DNA from: Candidatus Krumholzibacteriia bacterium
GTDB taxonomy: Bacteria; Krumholzibacteriota; Krumholzibacteriia; Krumholzibacteriales; Krumholzibacteriaceae
DNA length: 64,000 bases
Direction of reading: 5' to 3'
NCBI GenBank assembly: GCA_963836185.1
Contig: CAWIIQ010000001.1
Coordinates: forward strand, 320,001 to 384,000
Shown: positions 11,401 through 21,350 of the stretch, piece after piece
Numbering within the stretch: position 1 is the stretch's first letter
How the letters are laid out: the number at the start of each line of letters is the position of its first letter
The notes under the pieces: generated by a model
Seen by the model: only the letters and a program-made list of their open reading frames with translations
Told to the model about the DNA's origin: nothing
Databases searched by the model: none
Position numbers and translations under genes: made by a program

Positions 11401-11850
11401 GAGAACGTTATCGAGATAGCTGGATTCGGAAAAGCGATGGATAGCGTTCCCCGCTACCTGGAAAGCATGAAGAAGATAGAGAAACTCCGCGACCACCTCG
11501 AAGAAGGTATTACGAAGATCGTCAAGGACGCACGCCTCAACGGCAACAGGAAACAAAGGCTCCCCAACACACTAAACATGACCCTGCCTGAGCTGCGCGG
11601 CGAATCGCTCGTCCTCGAGATGGACCGCCGCGGCGTCTGCTTTTCGTCCGGGTCCGCCTGCCATTCCGGCTCTCCCGATCCGTCCCACGCTCTCCTCGCT
11701 CTGGGCCTCACCGAAGAACAGGTTCATTGCGCCCTGCGATTCTCCCTCGGACACGATACTACAGATCAGGAAATCGATCGCACGATCGAACTCCTGAAAG
11801 AAGTGATCGAACGTTCGAAGAAGATCGTCAGGTTCGTCTCGTGTAAGTAG
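8457..11850 (+). CDS. Metallopterin-dependent ergothioneine synthase (MES)-like fusion: Mo/W-bisPGD oxidoreductase (acetylene hydratase-like) + IscS/NifS cysteine desulfurase; single +1 frameshift near 9205
   Basis: N-terminal 4Fe-4S CGICSAGC...IC, plus VWGTNP, VIDPRRT, PIRPGTDGALAL, ADIVLPA. C-terminal YLDNNATT, HTDAVQ, SAHKLHGPKG, SSGSAC and a terminal FVSCK. Removing one base at about 9205 joins ORFs 8457-9227 and 9298-11850 through EEELYDEDFVRDWTVGF to give about 1130 aa. Confidence 0.88.
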
Positions 11851-11974
11851 GATGCTGTCTTTTAAAGAAAGAATTTGCCATCAAACATTGACCTTGAGTG
11901 AATATTCTGTCTGTATCTATACTACTCTCGGTAGATGACCCAGGGGGCCCCGGATACAGCGAAAGCGGATAATA

Positions 11975-12724
11975 ATGGACGAGCCTGAAAAGAAATCAGG
12001 AGAAAAAAGTTTTATAAAGGAATTCATCGCCGATGCGTTTGATATCGATCACGGCCTCTTCAAGACATTTGTGATGCTTTTCAAGTCTCCCCGCAGAGTC
12101 ATTGACGCATATATCCGGGACGAAAAGACAAACTATTATTCACCCTTCAAGTATGTCATCCTCACGACTACTATTCTCACTTTCGTTTTTCTGCTGGCGA
12201 TCGATTTGGGCACTCTTATCGAGAATCGAATGGACTCTGCCCAGCAATCGATGCAGGGGGAAACTCAGCAGGAAGAAGCAGCGGTCAAGATTTCGAAAAA
12301 TGGCACATTTGTCTTTCTCTTTCTGACCCGCCGGTTCAGCACGCTGTTGATGTTGTTTCTCATGATGCCGTCATTCGCGATATTCAGCAGAATTCTGTTT
12401 AAAGATGTAATGCCGAAGTTCTCGAATCACTTCGCTCTGAGCGCGTACCTGGTGGGTCAGATCAACTGCGTCCAGCTGCTGATGTGTGTGCCGTTGTTTT
12501 TTCTAGATCCCGCTACAAAAGAGACGAGTAGATATCTGCTGGCATTCGATCTGTCAGCTGTGGCGATCATGTTCTATGGTTATCTGCGCGTCTTTTCTTT
12601 CAGAAAGGCCGGTTTTGTCCTGCGGGCAGTGTTCGCGACTGTTCTTGGATCTATAATGTATTTACTTCTCCTTACACTGGTAACAACCTCTGCAGCGATC
12701 GTTATGTATCTGTACGGAAGATAA
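11975..12724 (+). CDS. DUF3667-like membrane protein
   Basis: 'FDIDHGLFKTF..LFKSP..VI..YI....YYSPFKY' signature followed by several TM segments. Confidence 0.7.
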   Translation: MDEPEKKSGEKSFIKEFIADAFDIDHGLFKTFVMLFKSPRRVIDAYIRDEKTNYYSPFKYVILTTTILTFVFLLAIDLGTLIENRMDSAQQSMQGETQQEEAAVKISKNGTFVFLFLTRRFSTLLMLFLMMPSFAIFSRILFKDVMPKFSNHFALSAYLVGQINCVQLLMCVPLFFLDPATKETSRYLLAFDLSAVAIMFYGYLRVFSFRKAGFVLRAVFATVLGSIMYLLLLTLVTTSAAIVMYLYGR

Positions 12725-12778
12725 TACCAGCTCTTACCATTAAAGATGCGTAAGTCTGAAAGCATTCAGCGTTGCTGA

Positions 12779-14419
12779 TCAGCCGCGTTCAATCTGTCGC
12801 CGCCGCCCGAGTACGGCAAGAACCAGCAGCCCGGCAGTCAGCAGCAGAAAAAGCAGTGGTGTCCCTGCGGCCACGGACCTGGAGCCGACCCCCTTGAAAT
12901 CGAACCACCTGAACGCGCCCGAGAGCCCGAGGTAGCAGAGGACTGGGTAGAGTATCTGGAACGCCCGGCTCCCGTTTGTCCAGACGCCGCATACAAGGGC
13001 CAGCGCCGCAACAAACATCGCTCCGACTATCAGGGCAGCGAACATCCCGATGCGTCCCGCGATAAGGAGCCTCAGCCCGTAACCTGATCCCATCACAAGC
13101 GCCAATATCATGCCCGCGGCCCAGGCTGCCGGGAGCTGGCGCCTGATGGACCGCGCGGCGGGGAAGACCAGGGCCTCGGTCCGGTTCTGACACTCGCGGT
13201 TTCCCATCAGTGACCAGACCATAGTGGGCCAGGCCCAGGCGATTGCCAGCAGCAGTATCCTGATCGGCTCTTTCGGCACGACTGCGGAGGCGATGATCAG
13301 TCCGAGGGCCCCGGCGTACCACCACCAGGCCATGCCGGCCAGCATCATCCGCAGCTCGATAAGTGTCAATGTCCAGAGCCTTGCTCTGGCAGGCGTTTCA
13401 TCGAGTGGAGTAAGCCGGGTGAAAGCGATTCCTCCGGTAGATTCTATTTCAGGAACAGCAGCAGACTCTTCTTTCGTATCTTTTTTCTTTTTCCTTTTCG
13501 ATTTCCTGCGGATCCTCGCGCCGAGTCTTCGCCTGGCCGGATCGAAACGGTCGAACGGGAGAGCGGTCAGCAGGACAACACCCAGTGATCCCAAAAGCCA
13601 CAGCAGCCGTCCGAGTATCTCTCTGAATCCCCAGCCGGTACCGTCCCACTTGAAATGCTCCACGGTATTCCCGGAGGTAGGCTGATAGATATCGGTCGTA
13701 CCGGTTGTTGTATCGAGGCCCTGGTCGACCATGCTCCTGGACATCGAGGAGATGCTCGAAGCGGCTCCTATGAAGTCGTTGTGCGGGACCGTATCGACAG
13801 GCGAGTCAAACATCGCCCCGAGAGATATCGCCATCAGTATCCATCCCCACAAGGCGATGTAGGCGATATATCCCAGCGTGCCGCGAAGCAGGGGCACGGT
13901 CTCGAACATAATCGCCAGGGCCGCTACCCATGCCATCACGGGCAGGCTCATTCCCCAGATCGGTGCCAGAAGCTGCCACAGATTCACAGCCCTGTCCTCA
14001 CCGCGGACGAGCTGCATTATGATGGCGATGATGCTGAGGATCGCTATTATCGCGGCGAATACCGCCAGGTTGCTGAGCCATTTCCCGATCATGTATTCGA
14101 ATCTCGATATCGGGGTGGAAGCGATGATCTGTCCGACTCGGGTACGGTAGTCACGGGTCACCGCGTCCTTGACCATGTAGAAGCCGATGAGACTCAGCAG
14201 TGACGCTACGCTCAGTCCGATCACAGTGCCTATCCATGCAGAATTGTAGAAACCCCTGCTCCCGTATATTACAAAACCGTTGTAGGAAGCGCCTGCCGAC
14301 GGGACAAGCGAATATCCGAAGTAGATGGTTATGCCGAGGACGACGAGAAAACTGAACCGGCGTATACGTTCGAGGAAATCGGCCCGCGCTAGATGATAAA
14401 TCGCGTTGAATCCCGTCAT
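12779..14419 (-). CDS. ABC-2 type transporter permease (tandem membrane domains)
   Basis: Multi-TM protein with 'ARADFLERIRR' and 'IIASTPISRFEYMIGKW'. ATG 14419 overlaps the corrected ATPase stop (ATGA). Confidence 0.8.
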   Translation of the reverse strand: MTGFNAIYHLARADFLERIRRFSFLVVLGITIYFGYSLVPSAGASYNGFVIYGSRGFYNSAWIGTVIGLSVASLLSLIGFYMVKDAVTRDYRTRVGQIIASTPISRFEYMIGKWLSNLAVFAAIIAILSIIAIIMQLVRGEDRAVNLWQLLAPIWGMSLPVMAWVAALAIMFETVPLLRGTLGYIAYIALWGWILMAISLGAMFDSPVDTVPHNDFIGAASSISSMSRSMVDQGLDTTTGTTDIYQPTSGNTVEHFKWDGTGWGFREILGRLLWLLGSLGVVLLTALPFDRFDPARRRLGARIRRKSKRKKKKDTKEESAAVPEIESTGGIAFTRLTPLDETPARARLWTLTLIELRMMLAGMAWWWYAGALGLIIASAVVPKEPIRILLLAIAWAWPTMVWSLMGNRECQNRTEALVFPAARSIRRQLPAAWAAGMILALVMGSGYGLRLLIAGRIGMFAALIVGAMFVAALALVCGVWTNGSRAFQILYPVLCYLGLSGAFRWFDFKGVGSRSVAAGTPLLFLLLTAGLLVLAVLGRRRQIERG

Positions 14420-15314
14420 GCAGTTACCTCTTCCAACGGCGCTTCGCCGTTGGCCGACGAGATGCAGTAGAGGTATGCGTCTTCGAGCGAGGGAGGTGCC
14501 GATTCGGCGCCGGCGGTGGGGGGGCGTCGGATACCACGCGTATGTGGACGCCGTCACTTCGCCTCAACGCCCCGCTGATCACGTGGTGCTCTCGAAAGTC
14601 GTTCAACTCGGAGCTGGAGACTACGCACGACCAGACCTTGTCGTCAACGAGCGAAAGAAGATCCTCGGGTGATGAATGACGAAGGAGCCTTCCGCGGTTT
14701 ATCAACGCGATATCAGTGGCCGCCGCTTCGACGTCAGAAACGATATGTGTCGAGAGTATGACGATGCGGTCGCCGGAAAGATCTGAGATCAGGTTGCGGA
14801 AACGGACCCGTTCCTCCGGATCGAGTCCCACGGTCGGTTCATCAACGATGAGGAGCTTCGGATCGTTAAGGAGGGCCTGGGCGATCCCGACCCTCTGCTT
14901 CATGCCACCGGAATAGCTGCCGAGCGGCCGCCTGCTGAGATCGGTGATATTCACCAGTTGAAGCAGCTCGTCGATTCGTCTTCGCGCAGCCGCACCCCCT
15001 ATGCCCCTCAGGGCCGCGAGGTACTGCAGGAACTCGACCGCTGTCAGGTTGGGATATATCCCGAAATTCTGGGGCAGATAGCCTAGCACTGAACGGACGG
15101 CATCAGGAGAACGGACTATGTCAGTCCCGTTCCAGGTCACCGCGCCCTGTGTCGGTTTTGTGACGGTGGCCAGGATGTTCATCAGCGTGGTTTTACCCGC
15201 ACCATTCGGCCCGAGGAGCCCGAGTACGCCGGTACCCGTCCTCAGGGTGAAATCCCGCAGCCCCCACACATCTCCCTTGTATCTCTTGCCGGCTCCATCT
15301 ATGAGAATCTCCAT
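14416..15314 (-). CDS. ABC transporter ATP-binding protein (homopolymer frameshift near 14520)
   Basis: GPNGAGKT, YSGGMKQR, LLIVDEPT, STH. One extra C in the C7 run restores the usual PSLEDAYL tail, ending at 14416. Confidence 0.92.
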
Positions 15315-15376
15315 CGAGGTAATACCGTTCCTTCCTGAAGTGCTTTTTAATAAATCGGTAGCGGTTATGTACAGGA

Positions 15377-15405
15377 TTAGACAAGCCGGGCCTGGAAAAG
15401 TTTCA
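15377..15405 (-). promoter_or_regulatory. ECF-sigma-like promoter for the ABC operon
   Basis: Minus strand TGAAACTT-ttccaggcccggctt-GTCTAA about 60 bp upstream of the ATPase ATG. Resembles the SigE/SigW-type GAAAC...GTCTA consensus. Confidence 0.55.
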
Positions 15406-15464
15406 GATTGAAAAGTCAGACTGCCGTCTGAATTGCCGTGAAGGCTGTAAGAGAAAGGAGTGCA

Positions 15465-15611
15465 ATGAAATAGAACCTTAAAGAAGTTCGATGGACAGTG
15501 GACGATAACAGTGGTAAACCTGTTTCAAGCAGCATCTACTTCTACAGCCTGACAGCGGGCGACTCCAAACGGGCGAAAAATATGGTGTTACTGCGGCAGG
15601 AGGCAGCATGA
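15465..15611 (+). pseudogene. Orphan degenerate C-terminal sorting-domain fragment
   Basis: After RBS AAGGAG: ATG AAA TAG, then in frame NLKEVRWTVDDNSGKPVSSSIYFYSLTAGDSKRAKNMVLLRQEAA*, homologous to the 'W.G.D..G..VASGVYFYRL.AG....KKMVLLR' tails. Confidence 0.65.
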
Positions 15612-16117
15612 AGATGGGATTATTAGATTCAGGAGTAAAGATAGTATTGCTGGTTGTTCTTGTGATGTTCGCTGCAACCGGATGCGACGACGACAGCTGT
15701 ACTCCCACAAAATGCGATCCGCCTCCTCTTTCTGTGCTCTCTGTCGATGTGACCGAGTTTCGGATTCACGTGCTCTGGGGGATGCCGGGCCCCGACCATC
15801 TTTATAGTGACCTGACACTGAGGATAGAGAACACGAGCTCGAAATATTCCTATTCCGGTGTTTCGATCGCTTCGGCAGAGGTATACCGTGCCTCGGACAA
15901 CCAGCTGCTGGGTGAGATCATGTTCGAGACCGACTGGGACGGCATAATCGACGCAGGAGAAGTCGTTACAGTCGAATTCGACAAGATAATCGAGGCTGCC
16001 CAGATATTCCCCTACCCGTGCGATGAGTACCTCTACCTCGAGATCACGATCGCAGCACCGGAGTACGGAGAGATGAAGGCCGGTACGCCGACCTACCTCT
16101 GTTCGTGTCTTATCTGA
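15608..16117 (+). CDS. Hypothetical lipoprotein
   Basis: Hydrophobic signal with lipobox-like ATGC followed by DDD. RBS GGAGG. Cys-rich ends. Confidence 0.65.
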   Translation: MKMGLLDSGVKIVLLVVLVMFAATGCDDDSCTPTKCDPPPLSVLSVDVTEFRIHVLWGMPGPDHLYSDLTLRIENTSSKYSYSGVSIASAEVYRASDNQLLGEIMFETDWDGIIDAGEVVTVEFDKIIEAAQIFPYPCDEYLYLEITIAAPEYGEMKAGTPTYLCSCLI

Positions 16118-16144
16118 CGTACCGTCTTTTCGCCCCGCCACTCA

Positions 16145-16173
16145 TTGAAAATCCTTCCAGATTCTGCTACAAT
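16145..16173 (+). promoter_or_regulatory. Sigma70-type promoter
   Basis: TTGAAA-N17-TACAAT with extended -10 TG. Confidence 0.6.
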
Positions 16174-16240
16174 AGTATGCGGCTGATCTCAATAAGGACA
16201 CAATCCAAATGCCAGTAAACCCTGATCCGGGAGGCTTGTC

Positions 16241-18652
16241 ATGAAAGCATTTCTGTTTTCAATCGCTGTGGTATGTCTCGTTCTCGTTCCAGCTGGCTCC
16301 TCGCTGCATGCCGAGTGGGTGGAGAATGGTATCGGATTGGGCGATGCGATCCTTGATCAGACCTATCAATCAATTATTCCCGATGGTGATGGCGGGTGCT
16401 ATATAGCCTGGACAGATTGGAGGTCCGGTACAGGCCTCGTGTATGTTCAACGGCTGGATAGCTATGGTGATGAGCTCTGGGCCCCCGGAGGAGTTCGGGC
16501 CTGTCTGCATAATACCTATCAGACCCGGCCTGTAATGGTCTCCGATGGAGGTGGCAATATCATTGTCGTCTGGATGGATACCAGGCCCAGTTGGAAGATG
16601 TACGCGCAGAAGATGAGCTCGGATGGAATCCTTCTCTGGGACACGGAAGGAGAGCTTATTTCGACTTACTTTGTGCCGGTTCTTGGCATCGAAATCTGTT
16701 CCGACGGTGCGGGCGGTGCGATCCTCGTCTGGGAGGACAACCGAAATGGTAATATTGACATTTACGCACAGAGAATATTGTCAGACGGTCGCTATGCCTG
16801 GGATGTTGAAGATGAGCCGATCGATACAGACACCTACAGCGATCGTAAGCCGGCAATAATTTCGGACGGTATCGGAGGGGCGATAATCACATGGCAGAAT
16901 GGAACCGGTGCACGGATTATGGCTCAAAGGCTCAGCGCTACAGGTTCGCCCCAATGGGCTGCCGGAGGCGAAGAAGCCTGCGGACATTTAAATTACTGCG
17001 GATTTCCCAAAATCGTTTCGGATGGTGCTGGAGGAGCAATAATAGCCTGGGATGATTCAAGAGGGGCCGATTACGATATTTATGCCCAGCGAGTCAAACA
17101 CGACGGGGCCATGCTGTGGACAGCGGACGGAGAGGTGATCTGTTCGTCGACAGGCGATCAATATATGAACGATATTGCTTCTGACGGCGATTGGGGAGCA
17201 GTAATCGTCTGGGAGGACAGCAGGAACTCGTCGCTTAGTGCCGATATATATGCCCAGGCAATCGATGGATGGGGAGATATCCAGTGGGCATCGAACGGCA
17301 TCGTGATGTACACAGGTAGTGGAGAGCAGAGCAGCGCCAGAATTGTATCAAACGGCGATGGCGGCTATTTTCTTGCATGGCTCGATATGAGATCCGGAGT
17401 CGACTACGATATTTTCTCAAAGAAGATCAATCAATCGGGATTGTCTCTGTGGAGTTCCCTGAGCGGTACTGTCTGTACTTCGAACTACACTCAGTCACAA
17501 CAGACCATTATTCACGATGGTGAGGGTAATCTTCTGGTCGCCTGGCTGGACGAGCGTAACGGATCCGACAAGGACATATACGCCCAGCGCATAGACAGGA
17601 ACGGATACTGGGGTAATCCGGCGCCCTCGATCGCATCGGTCCGTGATATCCCCGGCGATCAGGGAGGCTGGGTGAATATCTCCTTCGATGCAAGCCGCCT
17701 CGATATATGGCCCGAGGACGAGATCAGCTCATACACGGTCTGGCGCGCTATCGATGAGCAGCAGGCGATGCTGATGATGAAGAGCGGAGTGCCGTTATTG
17801 TCATCGGCGAGCGAGATGGGGTCCGACATGCAGGGTGCGCTCAGGTCCCAGATCATTGACGGAGAGATATATTACTGGACCCAGGTCGGCCTGGTCACCG
17901 CGCTGGATTACTTCGACGAATATTCCGATCAGGTCCAGACCCTTTTCGATTCGACGGCAGTAAGCATTGAGTATCACTACTTCCAGGTTATTGCTCACGG
18001 AAGCGGTCCCGATGCGTTCTGGGCATCGGCGCCGGACAGCGGCCGATCTGTCGACAACCTCGCTCCTTGTCCGCCGCTCGCACTGGCCGGGGAGCAGGCA
18101 TTCGATCCTGAAGGGCTGCAGCTCACATGGAGCGCGAATATAGAAGAGGATATGGATCACTATGTCATCCACCGTGGAACGAGCGAGAATTTCCTTCCCG
18201 GTCGTTTCACTCTCCTGGCCGAGCAGTGCGACACATTGCTCTTTGACGACGAATGGGACTGGTTGGCCGGTTACTGGTACAAGATCGCCGCGGTAGACAT
18301 CCACAACAATACAAGCGGGTACGCCGTCTTCGGCCCCGATATGGTCACAGGCGACGATCCGATGCCCGCGCCGGACGCGACATTCCTCGAGCAGAATTAC
18401 CCCAACCCGTTCAACCCGAACACGACGATCGCGTTCGGGTTAAAAGAGTCCGGGCATGTATCGCTCCGGATATATGACGCTGCCGGACGGCTCGTAACTA
18501 CTCTTGTTGATGAATCAAGATCCGCAGGTAGATATACCACTGAGTGGAAAGGTAAAAGCGCTGACGGATCAACCACAGCAAGTGGCGTCTACTTCTACAG
18601 GCTCATCACGAAGGAGTTTGAGGAAACGAAGAAGATGATCCTTTTGCGGTAA
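16241..18652 (+). CDS. Secreted SDGxGGAIIxWxDxR-repeat (beta-propeller-like) protein with FN3-like region and C-terminal sorting domain
   Basis: Signal peptide, about 7 repeats of 'SDGAGGAIIAW.D.R...DIYAQR', 'DIPGDQGGWV', C-terminal QNYPNPFNP...KKMILLR. Confidence 0.85.
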   Translation: MKAFLFSIAVVCLVLVPAGSSLHAEWVENGIGLGDAILDQTYQSIIPDGDGGCYIAWTDWRSGTGLVYVQRLDSYGDELWAPGGVRACLHNTYQTRPVMVSDGGGNIIVVWMDTRPSWKMYAQKMSSDGILLWDTEGELISTYFVPVLGIEICSDGAGGAILVWEDNRNGNIDIYAQRILSDGRYAWDVEDEPIDTDTYSDRKPAIISDGIGGAIITWQNGTGARIMAQRLSATGSPQWAAGGEEACGHLNYCGFPKIVSDGAGGAIIAWDDSRGADYDIYAQRVKHDGAMLWTADGEVICSSTGDQYMNDIASDGDWGAVIVWEDSRNSSLSADIYAQAIDGWGDIQWASNGIVMYTGSGEQSSARIVSNGDGGYFLAWLDMRSGVDYDIFSKKINQSGLSLWSSLSGTVCTSNYTQSQQTIIHDGEGNLLVAWLDERNGSDKDIYAQRIDRNGYWGNPAPSIASVRDIPGDQGGWVNISFDASRLDIWPEDEISSYTVWRAIDEQQAMLMMKSGVPLLSSASEMGSDMQGALRSQIIDGEIYYWTQVGLVTALDYFDEYSDQVQTLFDSTAVSIEYHYFQVIAHGSGPDAFWASAPDSGRSVDNLAPCPPLALAGEQAFDPEGLQLTWSANIEEDMDHYVIHRGTSENFLPGRFTLLAEQCDTLLFDDEWDWLAGYWYKIAAVDIHNNTSGYAVFGPDMVTGDDPMPAPDATFLEQNYPNPFNPNTTIAFGLKESGHVSLRIYDAAGRLVTTLVDESRSAGRYTTEWKGKSADGSTTASGVYFYRLITKEFEETKKMILLR

Positions 18653-18691
18653 CATCGATACGATCGACCGGTGTTACCGTTATACAAAATG

Positions 18692-18720
18692 AAAGGGCGG
18701 CCTTAAGGGCCGCCCTTTTT
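18692..18720. terminator. Bidirectional intrinsic terminator
   Basis: AAAGGGCGGCC-ttaag-GGCCGCCCTTTTT between convergent genes. Confidence 0.8.
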
Positions 18721-18744
18721 CGATGTTCCTCATTCAGATGGATT

Positions 18745-21196
18745 CTATTTCAGCAGGATCATCTTTTTCGTCTCGATGAAGTCCCCGCCGACAGGCGGTA
18801 GAAATAGACTCCGCTCGCGACTCTGGACCCGCTGTCGCTCATCCCGTTCCACCCTTCGTCGTACTGCCCGGCCGGCAGTGTGCCGCTGACCAGCTCGCGG
18901 ACCAGCCTTCCGGCGGAATCGTAGACGCTCAGCTTCACCGGGGATGCTTCCTTCAACCCGAACCGTATCGTAGTGACGGGATTGAATGGATTCGGGAAGT
19001 TCTGCGCGAGGAATGTCGCATCGGGCAGCAGGCATCGGGTCGTCCCCGGTCACCTGCTCGATGCAGAGCACCGCGTATTCGCTCTCGTTCCCGTGGATGT
19101 CGACCGCCGCTACCTTGTAGCAGAATCCCGAGTCCCACGACCAGCCGCCGTCGAACACCATCGGGTCGCAGCCCGTCGCGAGCAGGTTGTCCTCCGAAGG
19201 CTCGAATGACGGATCACTGCTCCGATATATATTGTAGCCGCCAAGATCCTCCTCGACGTTAGGCTCCCACGAAAGCGTCAGCCCCTCGGGTATGTACGAC
19301 TGCTCGCCGGCCAGCCCCATCGGGGTGCAGGGGGCGAGGTTGTCGACCGAGTATGCGCTGACAGGTTCCGAATTCCAGAATGTGTACGGATGTGCCGTGT
19401 TCGCGGTCACCACGAACCAGTGCATGCCGTTGTCGAGATCGCTTATGAAATTGCGCATCGTCGGGCACGCATATGCGTATTCATCCCAGTACTGGGCATC
19501 GACGCTCGCGACCCACTCCCATGCCGCTGCCGCTCCGAACGCGATATCGGTACGGTATGCTGTCCCCGCAAAGTCGAGGCCGACATCATTAGGTGAGGTC
19601 ACGATCATGCCGGCAATGTTCCCGGAATCGTTATCGAGATTCAGAGCCATCGCAGCGGGGGAGGAGACGCTCCGCCAGATCGTATAGTGGGTGATCAACT
19701 CCTCGGGGAACTCGTCCATACGTATCGGCGTCCACTCAAGCAGTACCTGGCCGCCCTGGTCGGAGGGGACGTCGGCAGCGCTCGTGATGACCGGCGCAGG
19801 ATCGCCCCAGTACCCGTACCTGTCGAACTTCTGTGCGTACAGCTTGAAGGTACTTGAGGATTCCCTTGCATCCCACCAGGCTGCTATTAATCCACCATCT
19901 TCCGTGGCCACTGCCCTGACGGCGTTCTGCTCGGCCGGCCAGTTGGAGAGGTTCTCGCCGTTGACGAACCAGTGAGTGCTCCCGCCGCCATCGATGTGCT
20001 GGCCGAAGATCTCGACATTCCCCGAGTACCTGTAATCGGTCCAGAGGACGTAGGCGCCGCCGGCACCGTCAGATACGATTGCCGGGTTATACTGGCCTCC
20101 GCCATCGTAGCAGACATCGTTTCCGTCATCCTGCCAGGTCGTTCCGCCCGCGAAATCGATACGCAATGCGTAAACGTTGCCAACCAGGTCGCGGTAGTCT
20201 ATCCAGGCAATGACAGCGCCGCCGGCACCGTCAGGGACCATGACCTGCTGCATCTGAATACCGTCTGCTCGCAGATCACCACCCCGAAGCCGGGGTTCCA
20301 GGCCTGCACTCCGTTGCTGAGCATCCTTTCAGCCTTGATATCCGGTGGCTGGTTACGCCCTCTATCCAGGAGATTATCGCTCCGCCGTTCATGTCGGAAA
20401 CGATGACGGGATTCGTCTGCGTCTCCACATTGTCGACTACGGCGTTGCCGTTGTTCGTCCATGCGTGGCTGCCGTTGAAGATGATCTTCTGCGCGAAGAT
20501 ATCATCGTTGCCATACCTGTAATCCGTCCATGCGATGATCGCGCCGCTGCTTCCATCTGCCGCCATCACGGGGAATCGCTGGTCGTCGCCGGATGTGCAG
20601 ACCGCGACACCGTTATATGTCCAGGGCATGTTTCCCGACGCATCGATCCTCGCCGCGTAGATGTCCCAGTTTGTTCCGGAACGGTAATCGGACCATGCGA
20701 TGATGGCGCCGCCCATGTCGTCAGAGATAATGTCGATATTTAGCTGGTCGTTTGACGCCCCGCATACAGTGATACCGCCGGTGGGCCAGGCGATGGTGCC
20801 GTTAGAAAGGACCCTCTGGGCGGTTACGTCGTAATTACCCGCACGGTCGTTGGCGTACGCGATGATCGCGCCGCCGTCTCCGTCGGATACCAGGTCGAGG
20901 TAGAGCTGGCTGCTGGTGAGCTGGGACACGTTTACTCCGCCGGCGTCCCACATGATGTTGCCGTCGCTGTCGACCCGCTGGGCGTAGACATCCCAGATGT
21001 TGTTCCCCTCACGCTCGTCCTGCCAGGCGATGATGGCGCCTCCCGCGCCGTCGGAGATGATCTGCTGGCCGGTCTGGGTCGCATTCCCGTTGCTCAGCAT
21101 CGTTCCGCCCTCGCTCCAGTCGGCATTGAGCGACGGGACGAGAAGGACGAGAACGAAAATCGCAGCGAGACACACTGGTAGCGCACGTATCCTCAT
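18745..21196 (-). CDS. Paralog of the 16241-18652 repeat protein; broken by about 4 indels
   Basis: Signal peptide MRIRALPVCL..., the same SDGAGG repeats and 'DVPSDQGGQV'. The sorting domain is split over frames (breaks near 20358, 20260, 19030, 18790). Confidence 0.8.
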
Positions 21197-21350
21197 GACG
21201 ATTCCCCTTTCAAATGGATGAATCTGGATAACAGATAATGATGCCTGCCCATAAAGCAGCCCCTGTTGCATCGGTGATTATAAATTGTGTAGTCCCGATT
21301 ACTATTATATCACAGCGGACATACGGGTTACAGGGATTTTGAATAGACGG

